47,379 nt of DNA from a virus (IMGVR_UViG_3300030107_003655:1-47379); one strand, 5' to 3'; positions 36,806 through 46,087 are shown, counted from the stretch's first letter. Numbers and translations: made by a program. Notes: generated by a model not told the origin, from the sequence alone.

Positions 36806-37009
36806 CTACTTACTAGATAGCGAGTATGTGGCATACCCTTTACTATTGTCTGTATCAATATTCATACTGAACGTATTACGCAGAGTCCATATTACAGCCG
36901 CTAATCTATAGATTCCAAATCTAGTAACAGCTGTTCTTGCAGTTATCTTTTTACCAGTAAATAAAAAGTCTCTTACTTTCTCTACTTGTGTTTTTCTTTT
37001 CCGTGCCAC
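36806..37009 (-). CDS. Winged helix-turn-helix protein (HTH_39-like)
   Basis: TQVEKVRDFL..GKKITARTA...FGIYRLAAVIWTLR; GTG start with AAGGAG RBS. Confidence 0.75.
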   Translation of the reverse strand: MARKRKTQVEKVRDFLFTGKKITARTAVTRFGIYRLAAVIWTLRNTFSMNIDTDNSKGYATYSLSSK

Positions 37010-37221
37010 GTTGGCTCCTTTTTGTATTTGGTTCTTAGCTTCTTGATTAAGAGGTAATCCTCTTTATCACTTAACTCATAGATACTCCTTTCACCTTTCG
37101 TAAACTCCTTAGATATATCTGTCATATGTCGTAGTCCATCGTACCATCCGAACTTAGTAGTGAAAGAATGCTCTATCTCATTCCACTTTTTTATCTCCAT
37201 TAGGGCTACCTCCATATTCAT
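36982..37221 (-). CDS. Hypothetical protein, 79 aa
   Basis: ORF filling the operon, overlapping both neighbours. Confidence 0.6.
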   Translation of the reverse strand: MNMEVALMEIKKWNEIEHSFTTKFGWYDGLRHMTDISKEFTKGERSIYELSDKEDYLLIKKLRTKYKKEPTWHGKEKHK

Positions 37222-37444
37222 TATATAATCTACTAGGGTATATCTCTTCTTCGTCTGCTGTCATTCCCTCTGCCATATTGCGTTCTGCTATTTCGTCGTA
37301 TTCCTTTTGTAGTTTACCCCTTAGCATATCTGCTTCCTCTCTAATATCCCAATGGTTTGGTTTACTAGCACCGTACTTCATTATATCTGAATAAGCTGAT
37401 AAGGCTCTAATGATGATATCGTATTCTTGGTTTGTTATTTTCAT
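37178..37444 (-). CDS. Hypothetical protein, 88 aa
   Basis: Start abuts the SSB stop. Confidence 0.7.
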   Translation of the reverse strand: MKITNQEYDIIIRALSAYSDIMKYGASKPNHWDIREEADMLRGKLQKEYDEIAERNMAEGMTADEEEIYPSRLYNEYGGSPNGDKKVE

Positions 37445-38017
37445 CTAAAATGGCATATCAGATGTGTCCATTTTGCCATTACTCCAAGAGAAAACACCAA
37501 CTGCTTTAGGTGACGTAACCTCTTCTCCATCTCTATTAGTCCAAGTCTCGTGTTCTATTTTTATGATAGCTGGAACACCTTCGCAATTAGATGGCGATAG
37601 TATTGGCAAAGAATACAATGTTTTACCATCAACCTCTTTCTCTTCTGGCTTTATTCTAAGAGCCTCACATAGCTCTTTGAATTGTCTATTACCTCCAGAA
37701 TTAGGTTGGAGATTCTTTTCACTAGGGTTTTTAAATCTAAAGAAACCCTTAGACCTAATTGTCTTACCTACAAACACACTACCATTATGCTCTCCAAACA
37801 TTTTATCAGCATTATCTTCTGCTAATTTAAATGTTAAATTGTATATGTCTGCTAGGTGTTTTCCCCTAATAATAACATCTTCTTTTACTGTAAAGTCCTT
37901 TACGTGTGCATAGTAGTCACCCTCTGGAACTATTACACTTGGCTTGTCTTCGGTTGGGTCGTAGTAAGACTCCCCTCCCATAACATCACCAAGTACAGCG
38001 TCAATTGAATTATCCAT
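37445..38017 (-). CDS. Single-stranded DNA-binding protein (DUF669-like)
   Basis: VPEGDYYAHV OB-fold start, acidic C-terminal DMPF tail, adjacent to the annealase. Confidence 0.75.
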   Translation of the reverse strand: MDNSIDAVLGDVMGGESYYDPTEDKPSVIVPEGDYYAHVKDFTVKEDVIIRGKHLADIYNLTFKLAEDNADKMFGEHNGSVFVGKTIRSKGFFRFKNPSEKNLQPNSGGNRQFKELCEALRIKPEEKEVDGKTLYSLPILSPSNCEGVPAIIKIEHETWTNRDGEEVTSPKAVGVFSWSNGKMDTSDMPF

Positions 38018-38633
38018 TATCTACTCCTTCTTTCTTTAATTGATATATTCTTGTTATTACTTTACTTATATCTCTTTTCTCAATGTCCCCATTCTCTATG
38101 GTAAGAGATATCTTATCTTTCCATTCATCATCTAAGCCTTCCATCTCTCCTACTATATAGTCTATATCATCTTGACTTAATGATGTGTCTTCTACTCTAT
38201 TTCTGTAGACATCATCAGCGATATTAAGGTACATATTAAATGCTTTCTTAATACAATCTGTATTGGCTGACTTAATATCATTTCCAACATCTACAAAGTT
38301 ATCACTATTTCTTTTCTTCTGTATTCTATGAGCCGCAGTACAATCTCCCTCTCTCCATATTCCACCCTCGTACCACTTAAGTCTTCCGTGTACCATAAAT
38401 GCCTCACTCCCTAAAGTCTCAGTACTTATTATAGTCCAAGACCATCCGGGATAGTGCTTATCTGCTATCTTTCTCATATAGGAGTACTCTACATAATCTA
38501 CACCCATCTTATTCTTAACGAATGACTTAGGGGTATCTTCCATAGATACTTTCTCGTGCAAGTCTCTTATGGTATCAAATGCACTACTCTCTATTATAGA
38601 ATTATCTTCTATTACAGATATTTCATTACTCAT
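38010..38633 (-). CDS. Rad52/Sak-like ssDNA annealing protein
   Basis: YVEYSYM..YPGWSW..GNDIKSANTDCIKKA..NIADDVY. Confidence 0.8.
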   Translation of the reverse strand: MSNEISVIEDNSIIESSAFDTIRDLHEKVSMEDTPKSFVKNKMGVDYVEYSYMRKIADKHYPGWSWTIISTETLGSEAFMVHGRLKWYEGGIWREGDCTAAHRIQKKRNSDNFVDVGNDIKSANTDCIKKAFNMYLNIADDVYRNRVEDTSLSQDDIDYIVGEMEGLDDEWKDKISLTIENGDIEKRDISKVITRIYQLKKEGVDNG

Positions 38634-38955
38634 TCACACCTCTCTTTTTATATTTTCTTAACATAGCTACCATTAGTATTAGGTAGTTAATCATATCTTG
38701 TATCCTACCTTCAATAGGCTCTGAGTATTCCTTCCCATCTTTAAAGTAGTTGTTAATACTAGAACTATGCTTTTGATAGTATACAGATAACACTTGTAAC
38801 GGTTCTATGTTTACTAAGTGGGCTATGTTTTCAAAGTTCCACAATACATTGTCATCTTGATTACCCTCTGTATATTCTATTCTCTTATTATCAGATAAGC
38901 TAAATGTATCTCTTATGAATTCATCTCTTAATTTTTTAAATTCATTAGATTTCAA
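38626..38955 (-). CDS. DUF1599/Nmad1-like all-alpha nucleotide pyrophosphatase-like protein
   Basis: K..EY....D..L.NF...A..K H..EPIEGRIQDMINY pattern. Confidence 0.6.
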   Translation of the reverse strand: MKSNEFKKLRDEFIRDTFSLSDNKRIEYTEGNQDDNVLWNFENIAHLVNIEPLQVLSVYYQKHSSSINNYFKDGKEYSEPIEGRIQDMINYLILMVAMLRKYKKRGVNE

Positions 38956-39167
38956 GCATCTCCTCCTTCTTCATTTACTAGCATTGATATTATATCGTTA
39001 TTCTTCTTACTCATAGACTCTGCCTTCTTTACGTTTTCTATAAAGCTGGGCAACTCCTTATCTTGATTAGCTATAACAAACATTAGATTCATTAGTGCTA
39101 ATTCTAATTGCTCTACTCTAAACTGCAAACCCTCTATTCTTTTATTTTCTATGTTATTAGTACTCAT
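38952..39167 (-). CDS. Hypothetical coiled-coil protein, 71 aa
   Basis: Likely start ATG 39167 (MSTNNIE), which avoids a long overlap. Confidence 0.6.
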   Translation of the reverse strand: MSTNNIENKRIEGLQFRVEQLELALMNLMFVIANQDKELPSFIENVKKAESMSKKNNDIISMLVNEEGGDA

Positions 39168-39372
39168 TAGAATATCTATGCTCAACTTCAACAACCTCAC
39201 ACTTCCTTCCACTATCTCTATTGATATTATTACAATACATTTTAACATCATCTATGTCATCAAATAGTCTATGAGGGTATTCCTTATTAATCACATTAGA
39301 GAAAGCACCACCTCTTATCATCCACCAAGTGACACCATCTCTCTCTTCTCTTATTGTCCATTTATTCTTCAT
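39157..39372 (-). CDS. Hypothetical protein, 71 aa
   Basis: AAGGAG RBS; coupled to neighbours. Confidence 0.7.
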   Translation of the reverse strand: MKNKWTIREERDGVTWWMIRGGAFSNVINKEYPHRLFDDIDDVKMYCNNINRDSGRKCEVVEVEHRYSNEY

Positions 39373-40252
39373 TATTATCTCCTTTATTATTATAAGGACA
39401 AACTTCTCTTACGGGGCAGTATGATTCACATTTCATACCACCCCATCTTTCTTGTTCACTACAAACCTCTGGCAACTCACCAAGTGTTAATGCCTTTTCT
39501 AGGGAATCTTTTTTACTAAGAAATATTCTTTCTATATTATCATTATGTATATACGGAACTTCTATCATATATATATTTCTAGTTAATCCCCTCTCTCTTG
39601 CTATCTGTAAACCACCATCTCTAACAGTAGCTTGTATGAACATATTATCTACCTCGTATCCATTATTCTCTAATAGATATCTATAGAAATTCAACTGCAA
39701 TCCCCAATCTTCTAAATCTGCAGTATCTTTATCTATGTAGAATTCTTTTACTCTCTTTGGAGTACCTGCTTTACCCCATCTACCACTTCTCTTATAGACT
39801 TCTGTAGGATGTTTTATATATTTAAACTGCATACCTAAGCACTTAGCTATTTTATAAGAACCAGAAAACTTGTAGTCTACAAGAGTTTTAGTCTTCTTAT
39901 CATATAGGTCTATAGTACCAGTAATACCTAAAGTTTCTAATGTTAATTCAGATTCTAATCTATCTGATATAGATGAAGATTTCTCTAACTTAAGATGATG
40001 TAATGTACCTGCTAGAGAAAAAGCGTTTTCATTAGGATGCGTATAATAATCTACTGTTCTTCTTAAATAAGACTCACAAGTCCCTTGTATCAGTTCAGTA
40101 GTTGAAGGCTTTCTATTAGGGTCTCTATCTTGAGACATATGTAGCAAGGTAGGTAATGAAGTACCCATTTTTTCTACATCAACATCACCTACAATCACAT
40201 CTTCTTTTAAAACTCTCTCTCCGTCAGGATATACGAAGCCTTTTAATGGCAT
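39362..40252 (-). CDS. Cas4-like PD-(D/E)xK exonuclease
   Basis: GT..H, TGTIDLY, VDYK, QLNFY and C-terminal C...YCPV...C cluster ligands. Confidence 0.85.
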   Translation of the reverse strand: MPLKGFVYPDGERVLKEDVIVGDVDVEKMGTSLPTLLHMSQDRDPNRKPSTTELIQGTCESYLRRTVDYYTHPNENAFSLAGTLHHLKLEKSSSISDRLESELTLETLGITGTIDLYDKKTKTLVDYKFSGSYKIAKCLGMQFKYIKHPTEVYKRSGRWGKAGTPKRVKEFYIDKDTADLEDWGLQLNFYRYLLENNGYEVDNMFIQATVRDGGLQIARERGLTRNIYMIEVPYIHNDNIERIFLSKKDSLEKALTLGELPEVCSEQERWGGMKCESYCPVREVCPYNNKGDNNEE

Positions 40253-40277
40253 ATTCTCTCTCCTTTTTGGATATTAA

Positions 40278-40307
40278 AATTTAGAAATGTGAATAAAGTT
40301 AATGCAA
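40278..40307 (-). promoter_or_regulatory. Promoter P6, recombination/replication operon
   Basis: TTGCAT-N18-TAAATT on - strand. Confidence 0.65.
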
Positions 40308-40315
40308 GCATTATT

Positions 40316-40504
40316 TTATTTTTCTTCATCACTCTCGATAAATTCATCCTCATAAATAAATCTCTCTAAGTATATTCCAGATTGCTCTTCTATTACTTCA
40401 AGTTCTTTTTCTACAATTTCTTCTATAGATTTTCCCTTATGTATATATTCAACTTTATCTATATATACTGCTAACTCTACTATTACTTTCTTGTAACTAC
40501 TCAT
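40316..40504 (-). CDS. Acidic hypothetical protein, 62 aa
   Basis: AAGGAG RBS; last gene of the amidoligase block. Confidence 0.7.
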   Translation of the reverse strand: MSSYKKVIVELAVYIDKVEYIHKGKSIEEIVEKELEVIEEQSGIYLERFIYEDEFIESDEEK

Positions 40505-40507
40505 TAT

Positions 40508-41635
40508 TCAACTCCTTTCTAATTTAAATTTATCTATTCTTTTTTTCATATATGATATTATATCTGGTTTAAAAGTATCCTCCATCTGCTTATCTATACT
40601 CATTGATAACCACTTTTTTGATTTCTCTCTACTAAATTCTGATAACTCAATACTCTTATTTATTATTGCATTAAGTATAGAAATCCAAGAGGTAATCTTA
40701 TACTTATTGATGGTAGCAGAGTGTAGTCTAAACTCAATAGTTCCGTGATAGTATCTAGAGTGAAGATTTAATGCACAATACCTAGCGTCATTGTATTTAT
40801 CGGTGGTAGGAGTTGAATGCATATAGTCATAATATATTTCTATTAACTCTTGCTCTTCGTATACCATTTCTAAGGAATCCACCTCTATTTGAAAGTCCTT
40901 ACACCAATTAGAAGATTGTCTAGAGCGAGGCATCATATCTTTTAATAGATTTTGGAAATTCTTATAAACAATTCCTACATACGCTACTTCTCTAGCACTC
41001 ATATCTAGTGAGTTAAAATGCACGTGGAAACCACAGCTACTATTCACATCTGCTCCGTATCTCTTCTTCCAGAGCATTAAGTTATCTATATTCTCCATTA
41101 ATAAGTCTCCATTAGCAGGAGTAGATACTAATTCTAATCCACAATACCCATCTGGTGGAGAGATAGAACCATCGTTAACACTATTCCAATACATAGGGCT
41201 ATCGAAACTATCTGCACTTGGTATTACACATTCAACCTCTAATCCTACCAATGTCTTAATATCGAATTTAAACGTTTCAGATTTTCTAGAATTCACAGGT
41301 ATAGATTTATTTTCTAAATTGAAAATTAAATTTCCTTCTCTTTCTACTGGCGTACAACCTTCGCAATATGGTTCGTCTAAATAGTATTCTATGTAATCGT
41401 TATCTACACATTCGCCACAAGAAGTGCAATTACTAAAGAAATCGTGATAGCAATCCTCACAATATGCAAAATCATCACTTCCCCAAAACACATAATCCAT
41501 ATCCATTAGATGATTGCAGTTAGTACAACTTCTATAATACTCATCAAGACAATATTCACATAGGTCTGGCTCCTTATGTACTAATTCTTCCTTCTCATAG
41601 CAAGAAGAACAGATGCATTTCTCTTGTTTAGACAT
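40508..41635 (-). CDS. Putative amidoligase (Amidoligase_2, COOH-NH2 ligase fold) with N-terminal Zn ribbons
   Basis: GLEVE, DGSI, LELVS, VNSSCGFHVH, RYCALNL, TIEFR; six CxxC at the N-terminus. Confidence 0.9.
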   Translation of the reverse strand: MSKQEKCICSSCYEKEELVHKEPDLCEYCLDEYYRSCTNCNHLMDMDYVFWGSDDFAYCEDCYHDFFSNCTSCGECVDNDYIEYYLDEPYCEGCTPVEREGNLIFNLENKSIPVNSRKSETFKFDIKTLVGLEVECVIPSADSFDSPMYWNSVNDGSISPPDGYCGLELVSTPANGDLLMENIDNLMLWKKRYGADVNSSCGFHVHFNSLDMSAREVAYVGIVYKNFQNLLKDMMPRSRQSSNWCKDFQIEVDSLEMVYEEQELIEIYYDYMHSTPTTDKYNDARYCALNLHSRYYHGTIEFRLHSATINKYKITSWISILNAIINKSIELSEFSREKSKKWLSMSIDKQMEDTFKPDIISYMKKRIDKFKLERS

Positions 41636-41636
41636 C

Positions 41637-41957
41637 CTATCCTCCCGTGTTTGTAGCTTGTATGAAGCCTACTACAAAAACATTAACCACCTTAAGCCAC
41701 TTTATCTTTTTTAGAGCGTTGTACAATGCGTACTCTATACATTCAGACTCTGTATCTACTTCCATATTACCAAGTTCTTCTATTTGATTCTTAAGGAATT
41801 CTAAATACTCCTCATATGAATTATTAGATAGAAATGGATTCTTCTTAGCTTTTTCATACAGCTTCTTGATAACGTATTTTTTAGACTTTAGTTTAATAGG
41901 ATTTGGAATACCTATTAATACTACCTTCTTATTAGAAGGGACAGCTTCCTTCTTCAT
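41637..41957 (-). CDS. Small helical protein within the amidoligase cluster
   Basis: 106 aa, coupled to the GATase and amidoligase genes; AAGGAGG RBS. Confidence 0.7.
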   Translation of the reverse strand: MKKEAVPSNKKVVLIGIPNPIKLKSKKYVIKKLYEKAKKNPFLSNNSYEEYLEFLKNQIEELGNMEVDTESECIEYALYNALKKIKWLKVVNVFVVGFIQATNTGG

Positions 41958-42933
41958 TATCTTTTACCTCCTTTTCATTACTTAAAAACTCACAATCATA
42001 ACAAACATTTCTATTATATCCATCTGTCCACACCTCATCAGTAGATGTCCACTCATAACAATAGGAACACATTTCTTTAGATTCATTTTCATTACCAGAA
42101 CCTAATAATCCTTTAGTAGCTGGACTAGGATTATAGAAACCTCCAATGTAATCCCTATTGTACCAAGCGTTGTTATGGTAGTTCCTATAGCTATACTGAC
42201 TAATAGTTGTAAATGGTGTAGTCTCGTGATTAGTCTTAGTATCAAATTTATCAGTATTGAATGTAAGTATGTAATCTTCTGCTACCGATTTTATTGGCAA
42301 TCGTAACCCAGTTCTATACATAGCATCTTCCATTATATCCTTAGTAGATGCCCATAGTAGAACTCTAGCCTTTTTCCAATATGCCATTACAATAGGTCTA
42401 CCAGACTCTCTAGCCATATGTAATTTTCTATTACTATCTTTTACCCAAGTAATAGCAAAGTCTCCATCTATATCTTCAAAAGCCTTGTTCATCTCTAACT
42501 TATTAAGAGATTGAAATAAGACTTGAGAATCTACCTCTGGTACGCTCTTACCTAGATTTCTTGCTACTTGGTTGTAATTATGTATAATACCATTATGTAC
42601 ACCAGTAACACTACCTATGTTAAATGGGTGAGCATTATTAACTTCTACAGCCCCTTGTGTAGCAAGCCTAACGTGTCCCATAACAATAGTAGTACGTCTG
42701 TTTACTTTGCTAAGAATATCTCTACTCCAAACATTTTGACCAACTAAAGTAGAAGAATCTGTTAATGTCTTAAAGGTGTATCTACCATTGGAGTCCATTA
42801 TAGAAAACCCCGTACTATCCTCACCCCTAACAGAAGAATTATCTGCTAGATTAGTTAACATTCTCTTAAGTATCTCTAATTGGTTATCTGATTGTCTGCC
42901 ATTTGACTTAGCAAAACCAAATATACCACACAT
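41932..42933 (-). CDS. Class II (Ntn) glutamine amidotransferase with C-terminal Zn finger
   Basis: MCGIFG, RGEDSTG, GHVRLAT, NAHPF, HNGII, VDSQ; CSYC..CYDC tail. Confidence 0.93.
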   Translation of the reverse strand: MCGIFGFAKSNGRQSDNQLEILKRMLTNLADNSSVRGEDSTGFSIMDSNGRYTFKTLTDSSTLVGQNVWSRDILSKVNRRTTIVMGHVRLATQGAVEVNNAHPFNIGSVTGVHNGIIHNYNQVARNLGKSVPEVDSQVLFQSLNKLEMNKAFEDIDGDFAITWVKDSNRKLHMARESGRPIVMAYWKKARVLLWASTKDIMEDAMYRTGLRLPIKSVAEDYILTFNTDKFDTKTNHETTPFTTISQYSYRNYHNNAWYNRDYIGGFYNPSPATKGLLGSGNENESKEMCSYCYEWTSTDEVWTDGYNRNVCYDCEFLSNEKEVKDNEEGSCPF

Positions 42934-42945
42934 TTATTTATCTCC

Positions 42946-44748
42946 TTATTTTTGTTTATCTATTCTACTTTCTATGTACTCAGTTCCCCAAGTACCTGCT
43001 ATATCCCTAATAACATCCATAGGGTTAGTCTTTTTATTAATTATTTTTCTATACAATTCTTTATTCTTAATGAGAGATTTGGACTTATTCATTATTCTAT
43101 TAAGAAATCTTACCCAATTAACTATCTCTTCTGAAGAAGTAGTACCTTCGTGATATCTAAATTCTATTGTTCCTAACATAAACCTTGCGTGTATGTTTGT
43201 TCCGATATATCTAGCATCATTATACTTGCTATCTGATATATTAGTATGTCCCATCTTATAGTACCCTTCTACTAACTTGGATAAGCTTTCTATTTTGTCA
43301 ATGGTACGAGGGTTTATATCTATTGGTTTACAATACGAACTACCTAATCTCTCCTTAGGTAGTGATTTGTATATAGATGATTGTATTTTAGACATTATCA
43401 TAAGTAATGACTTTATTTCTGTAAAATTAAAATCTACTGCGTTCATATGTATATGCACTCCACAACTACTATCTACCATATTACCCTCTTGGTAATGTGC
43501 TTCTTCTAATTGCGTACAAGATTCTATTATATCATTACCTATTATTGGTTTTCTAGTAACAAACTCTACTCCTCCACTACTAAGACTACCATCTTCTACT
43601 ACGTCAAAGTACTTTGGCACTAGGGCACAGTTATAATAATCTTCTGCTCCATCATAATTAGTTATTACCTCACTTTCTATACCTGTAAATCTATTAAGGG
43701 TAGGGTTAGATGAAAACTTATTAGGTAACCCTTTATGGGCAAATGGGTTGAATAGATAATTACTTAGTAATTGTGAGCCACAATCCGTACAATACCTACT
43801 ACCAAATATTGATGTATAATTATCATTATTAGGAGGTAGGAATTTTTCTATTAAATCTCTTCTTTCTTGATATCCCATACAATTTCTTAGTTTATTAATG
43901 TTTATTATTTCTACGCTTTTACATCTCTTACAATCTACGTAGAAAATATTTATACAATAATCACAAATCTTATTACAATTAATATTCTTAGCTATTTGAC
44001 GTACAAAATCGCTATCTATATGAGCAATATCTATAATTTGTGTTATTTTATGCTGAATATGGCATATATCACAACTATCTTCTATTTTATCATAGCAAAT
44101 ATTACAATAGTAATCATTATCAAATTTTCTAAAGCTTTCTATTCCTATCTTATTACAACTAGAACACAGATGGTAGTCTTTATATGATGCTCTACTATTA
44201 ATTAGCCTTGTTAACAATCCTCTATAATGTGATTTTAGGTAGAATCTATTATTACATCTAAGTCTAGAATCATTTTTATCTACTAATTCCACATCTGATT
44301 CCATTGTCTTCCATAGAAAATGCTCATTACTTGCTAATTCTTGATGAATAGCATCTATAACATATTCATTAGACTTTTCAAATTCTAAATTAAGTAGTTT
44401 TAGAACATACCTATAGTCATCACCTACTATTTTCTTCTCTATTGTAGTTAATGGGTGATAGTTTACGTTTTTCATATATATTAGGTCACTTGCTCTACAT
44501 ATTAACCTTTCTCCATCTGCTCTTTCTATTAAAACGCTTAGATTAGTAAGCTTAGAATACCCATTGTAACTCAATATATCTATTATCTTATAAATCCTAG
44601 AAGATATTGACGTTCTATTAGTATAGACTAATCTATTTTCTTGTTTATACAAATCAATATTAAGTATATCAATATCTATAAACTTATCACTTTCAACCTT
44701 AACTGCATTATAAATATTATGTAGTACAACTTCATTTGAACATAGCAT
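42946..44748 (-). CDS. Putative amidoligase with long N-terminal region and Zn ribbons
   Basis: GIESEV, EDGSL, GVEFVT, VDSSCGVHIH, RYIGTNI, TIEFR; six CxxC in the middle. Confidence 0.9.
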   Translation of the reverse strand: MLCSNEVVLHNIYNAVKVESDKFIDIDILNIDLYKQENRLVYTNRTSISSRIYKIIDILSYNGYSKLTNLSVLIERADGERLICRASDLIYMKNVNYHPLTTIEKKIVGDDYRYVLKLLNLEFEKSNEYVIDAIHQELASNEHFLWKTMESDVELVDKNDSRLRCNNRFYLKSHYRGLLTRLINSRASYKDYHLCSSCNKIGIESFRKFDNDYYCNICYDKIEDSCDICHIQHKITQIIDIAHIDSDFVRQIAKNINCNKICDYCINIFYVDCKRCKSVEIININKLRNCMGYQERRDLIEKFLPPNNDNYTSIFGSRYCTDCGSQLLSNYLFNPFAHKGLPNKFSSNPTLNRFTGIESEVITNYDGAEDYYNCALVPKYFDVVEDGSLSSGGVEFVTRKPIIGNDIIESCTQLEEAHYQEGNMVDSSCGVHIHMNAVDFNFTEIKSLLMIMSKIQSSIYKSLPKERLGSSYCKPIDINPRTIDKIESLSKLVEGYYKMGHTNISDSKYNDARYIGTNIHARFMLGTIEFRYHEGTTSSEEIVNWVRFLNRIMNKSKSLIKNKELYRKIINKKTNPMDVIRDIAGTWGTEYIESRIDKQK

Positions 44749-44878
44749 CTCTTATCTCCTTTAGCATTGTTACTATATAGTCTTTATATAGAAATACAAC
44801 CCCACTAGAAAAAATCGTTAATATACTAATGTGATTTTCTCCACAAGAGCCAAGTAGATGCTTAAATATCTCTTGCAT
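44732..44878 (-). CDS. Small membrane protein, 48 aa (not in ORF track)
   Basis: MQEIFKHLLGSCGENHISILTIFSSGVVFLYKDYIVTMLKEIRDAMFK; AGGAG RBS. Confidence 0.7.
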   Translation of the reverse strand: MQEIFKHLLGSCGENHISILTIFSSGVVFLYKDYIVTMLKEIRDAMFK

Positions 44879-44950
44879 ACTCTCTCCTATCTTGTTGTTA
44901 TTATTTAACTTACTCTCTATTGATAGACTTCTACCAATACTTTAACTATT

Positions 44951-45298
44951 TTATTTATTACGATAAAATCCTCTTTCCTCTACTAAGCATTCTATTAGCA
45001 TTAGTATAAATAATTTTCTAGAACTATAATTATTGTAGACCAACTCATCTACTACCTCTGAAAATGTAGTATCAATAGGTACACAAGTTTCCTCAGTATG
45101 CCAACCATTATCTTTTGTTTCTATTGATAGATGAGGTCGTTTTTCTACGCAATCATCAAATTTACGTAATTCTTTATACAATTCTTTATCTATATCTTGA
45201 TGTAATAGACCGGCCCCCATTCTACCTCTGTTTTCATCTATAAACTGAGTAATGTAGGAATCTATCACATCTAATATCTTATCTATTTCTACTTTCAT
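44951..45298 (-). CDS. Hypothetical protein, 115 aa
   Basis: AAGGAG RBS. Confidence 0.7.
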   Translation of the reverse strand: MKVEIDKILDVIDSYITQFIDENRGRMGAGLLHQDIDKELYKELRKFDDCVEKRPHLSIETKDNGWHTEETCVPIDTTFSEVVDELVYNNYSSRKLFILMLIECLVEERGFYRNK

Positions 45299-45317
45299 TC
45301 ATACTCCTTGTTAGTTA

Positions 45318-45740
45318 TTAGATAGGCCAATAGTACTCCATATCTATTGGCTCTTGCCACTTGTACCTAGAGTAGTAATACTCTAAGTCTTTACGTAGTA
45401 GGTTGCTTCTATGAGAAGCGTGTACTCTATTATCGCCTAACCAAGAAGGCATCTCTATAGAATCTGGTAGTGCTACTAAGTCCATAGTATTATTATATCC
45501 TCGTAGTATCCATTCTTCTATCATTTTATTTTTATAGAGCAACAACGCTTCTACATAGCCATCCCACATTAGAACGGCAGGATGATTTAACCAACCTTTG
45601 TAGCTTTTGCCTTGTAAAGTTGGATTATCTACTAATACATTGTAGATTTGTAATGCTTCTACTCTTTGCTTACCTAATCTTCGATAGTCTAATACTTGTG
45701 CAGATAGAGTAAAATCTTCATATGGTAGAAATGTCTGCAT
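45318..45740 (-). CDS. Pyrimidine dimer DNA glycosylase/endonuclease V-like (MSMEG_6728 family)
   Basis: MQTFLPY..LD.RRLGKQRVEA.QI..HPAV.MW..HASHRSNLLRKD..Y.WP. Confidence 0.85.
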   Translation of the reverse strand: MQTFLPYEDFTLSAQVLDYRRLGKQRVEALQIYNVLVDNPTLQGKSYKGWLNHPAVLMWDGYVEALLLYKNKMIEEWILRGYNNTMDLVALPDSIEMPSWLGDNRVHASHRSNLLRKDLEYYYSRYKWQEPIDMEYYWPI

Positions 45741-45743
45741 CTA

Positions 45744-45974
45744 TTAACCTAATCTTGTATAAACCTTACCTCTATATTCATCAAACTCTAACATATCTTT
45801 TCTACTTTTATTCATAGATAAGGTTTCACCATCTACTAATATTTCTCTACCACCTTCAAAATTAGTAGGTCTATAATTATATATTTCTCCATATTCTCCT
45901 TTTAGATAGTAGGCTATATACCATCTACCTCTATAATAACTATCGCATTTTTTACACATATCTACAATATCCAT
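45744..45974 (-). CDS. Hypothetical protein, about 76 aa
   Basis: ORF in the early cluster; start uncertain. Confidence 0.55.
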   Translation of the reverse strand: MDIVDMCKKCDSYYRGRWYIAYYLKGEYGEIYNYRPTNFEGGREILVDGETLSMNKSRKDMLEFDEYRGKVYTRLG

Positions 45975-46087
45975 AATCTAAGTAAAACTATTAGTACATA
46001 CATATAACTTAGCATTAGTATATGTACTTCATAACTATCTACTATCTCACAAATAGCATCTACTATTTCTATTATAATATTTATCAT
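45962..46087 (-). CDS. Possible small membrane protein, 41 aa (not in ORF track)
   Basis: MINIIIEIVDAICEIVDSYEVHILMLSYMYVLIVLLRLWIL; weak RBS. Confidence 0.4.
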   Translation of the reverse strand: MINIIIEIVDAICEIVDSYEVHILMLSYMYVLIVLLRLWIL

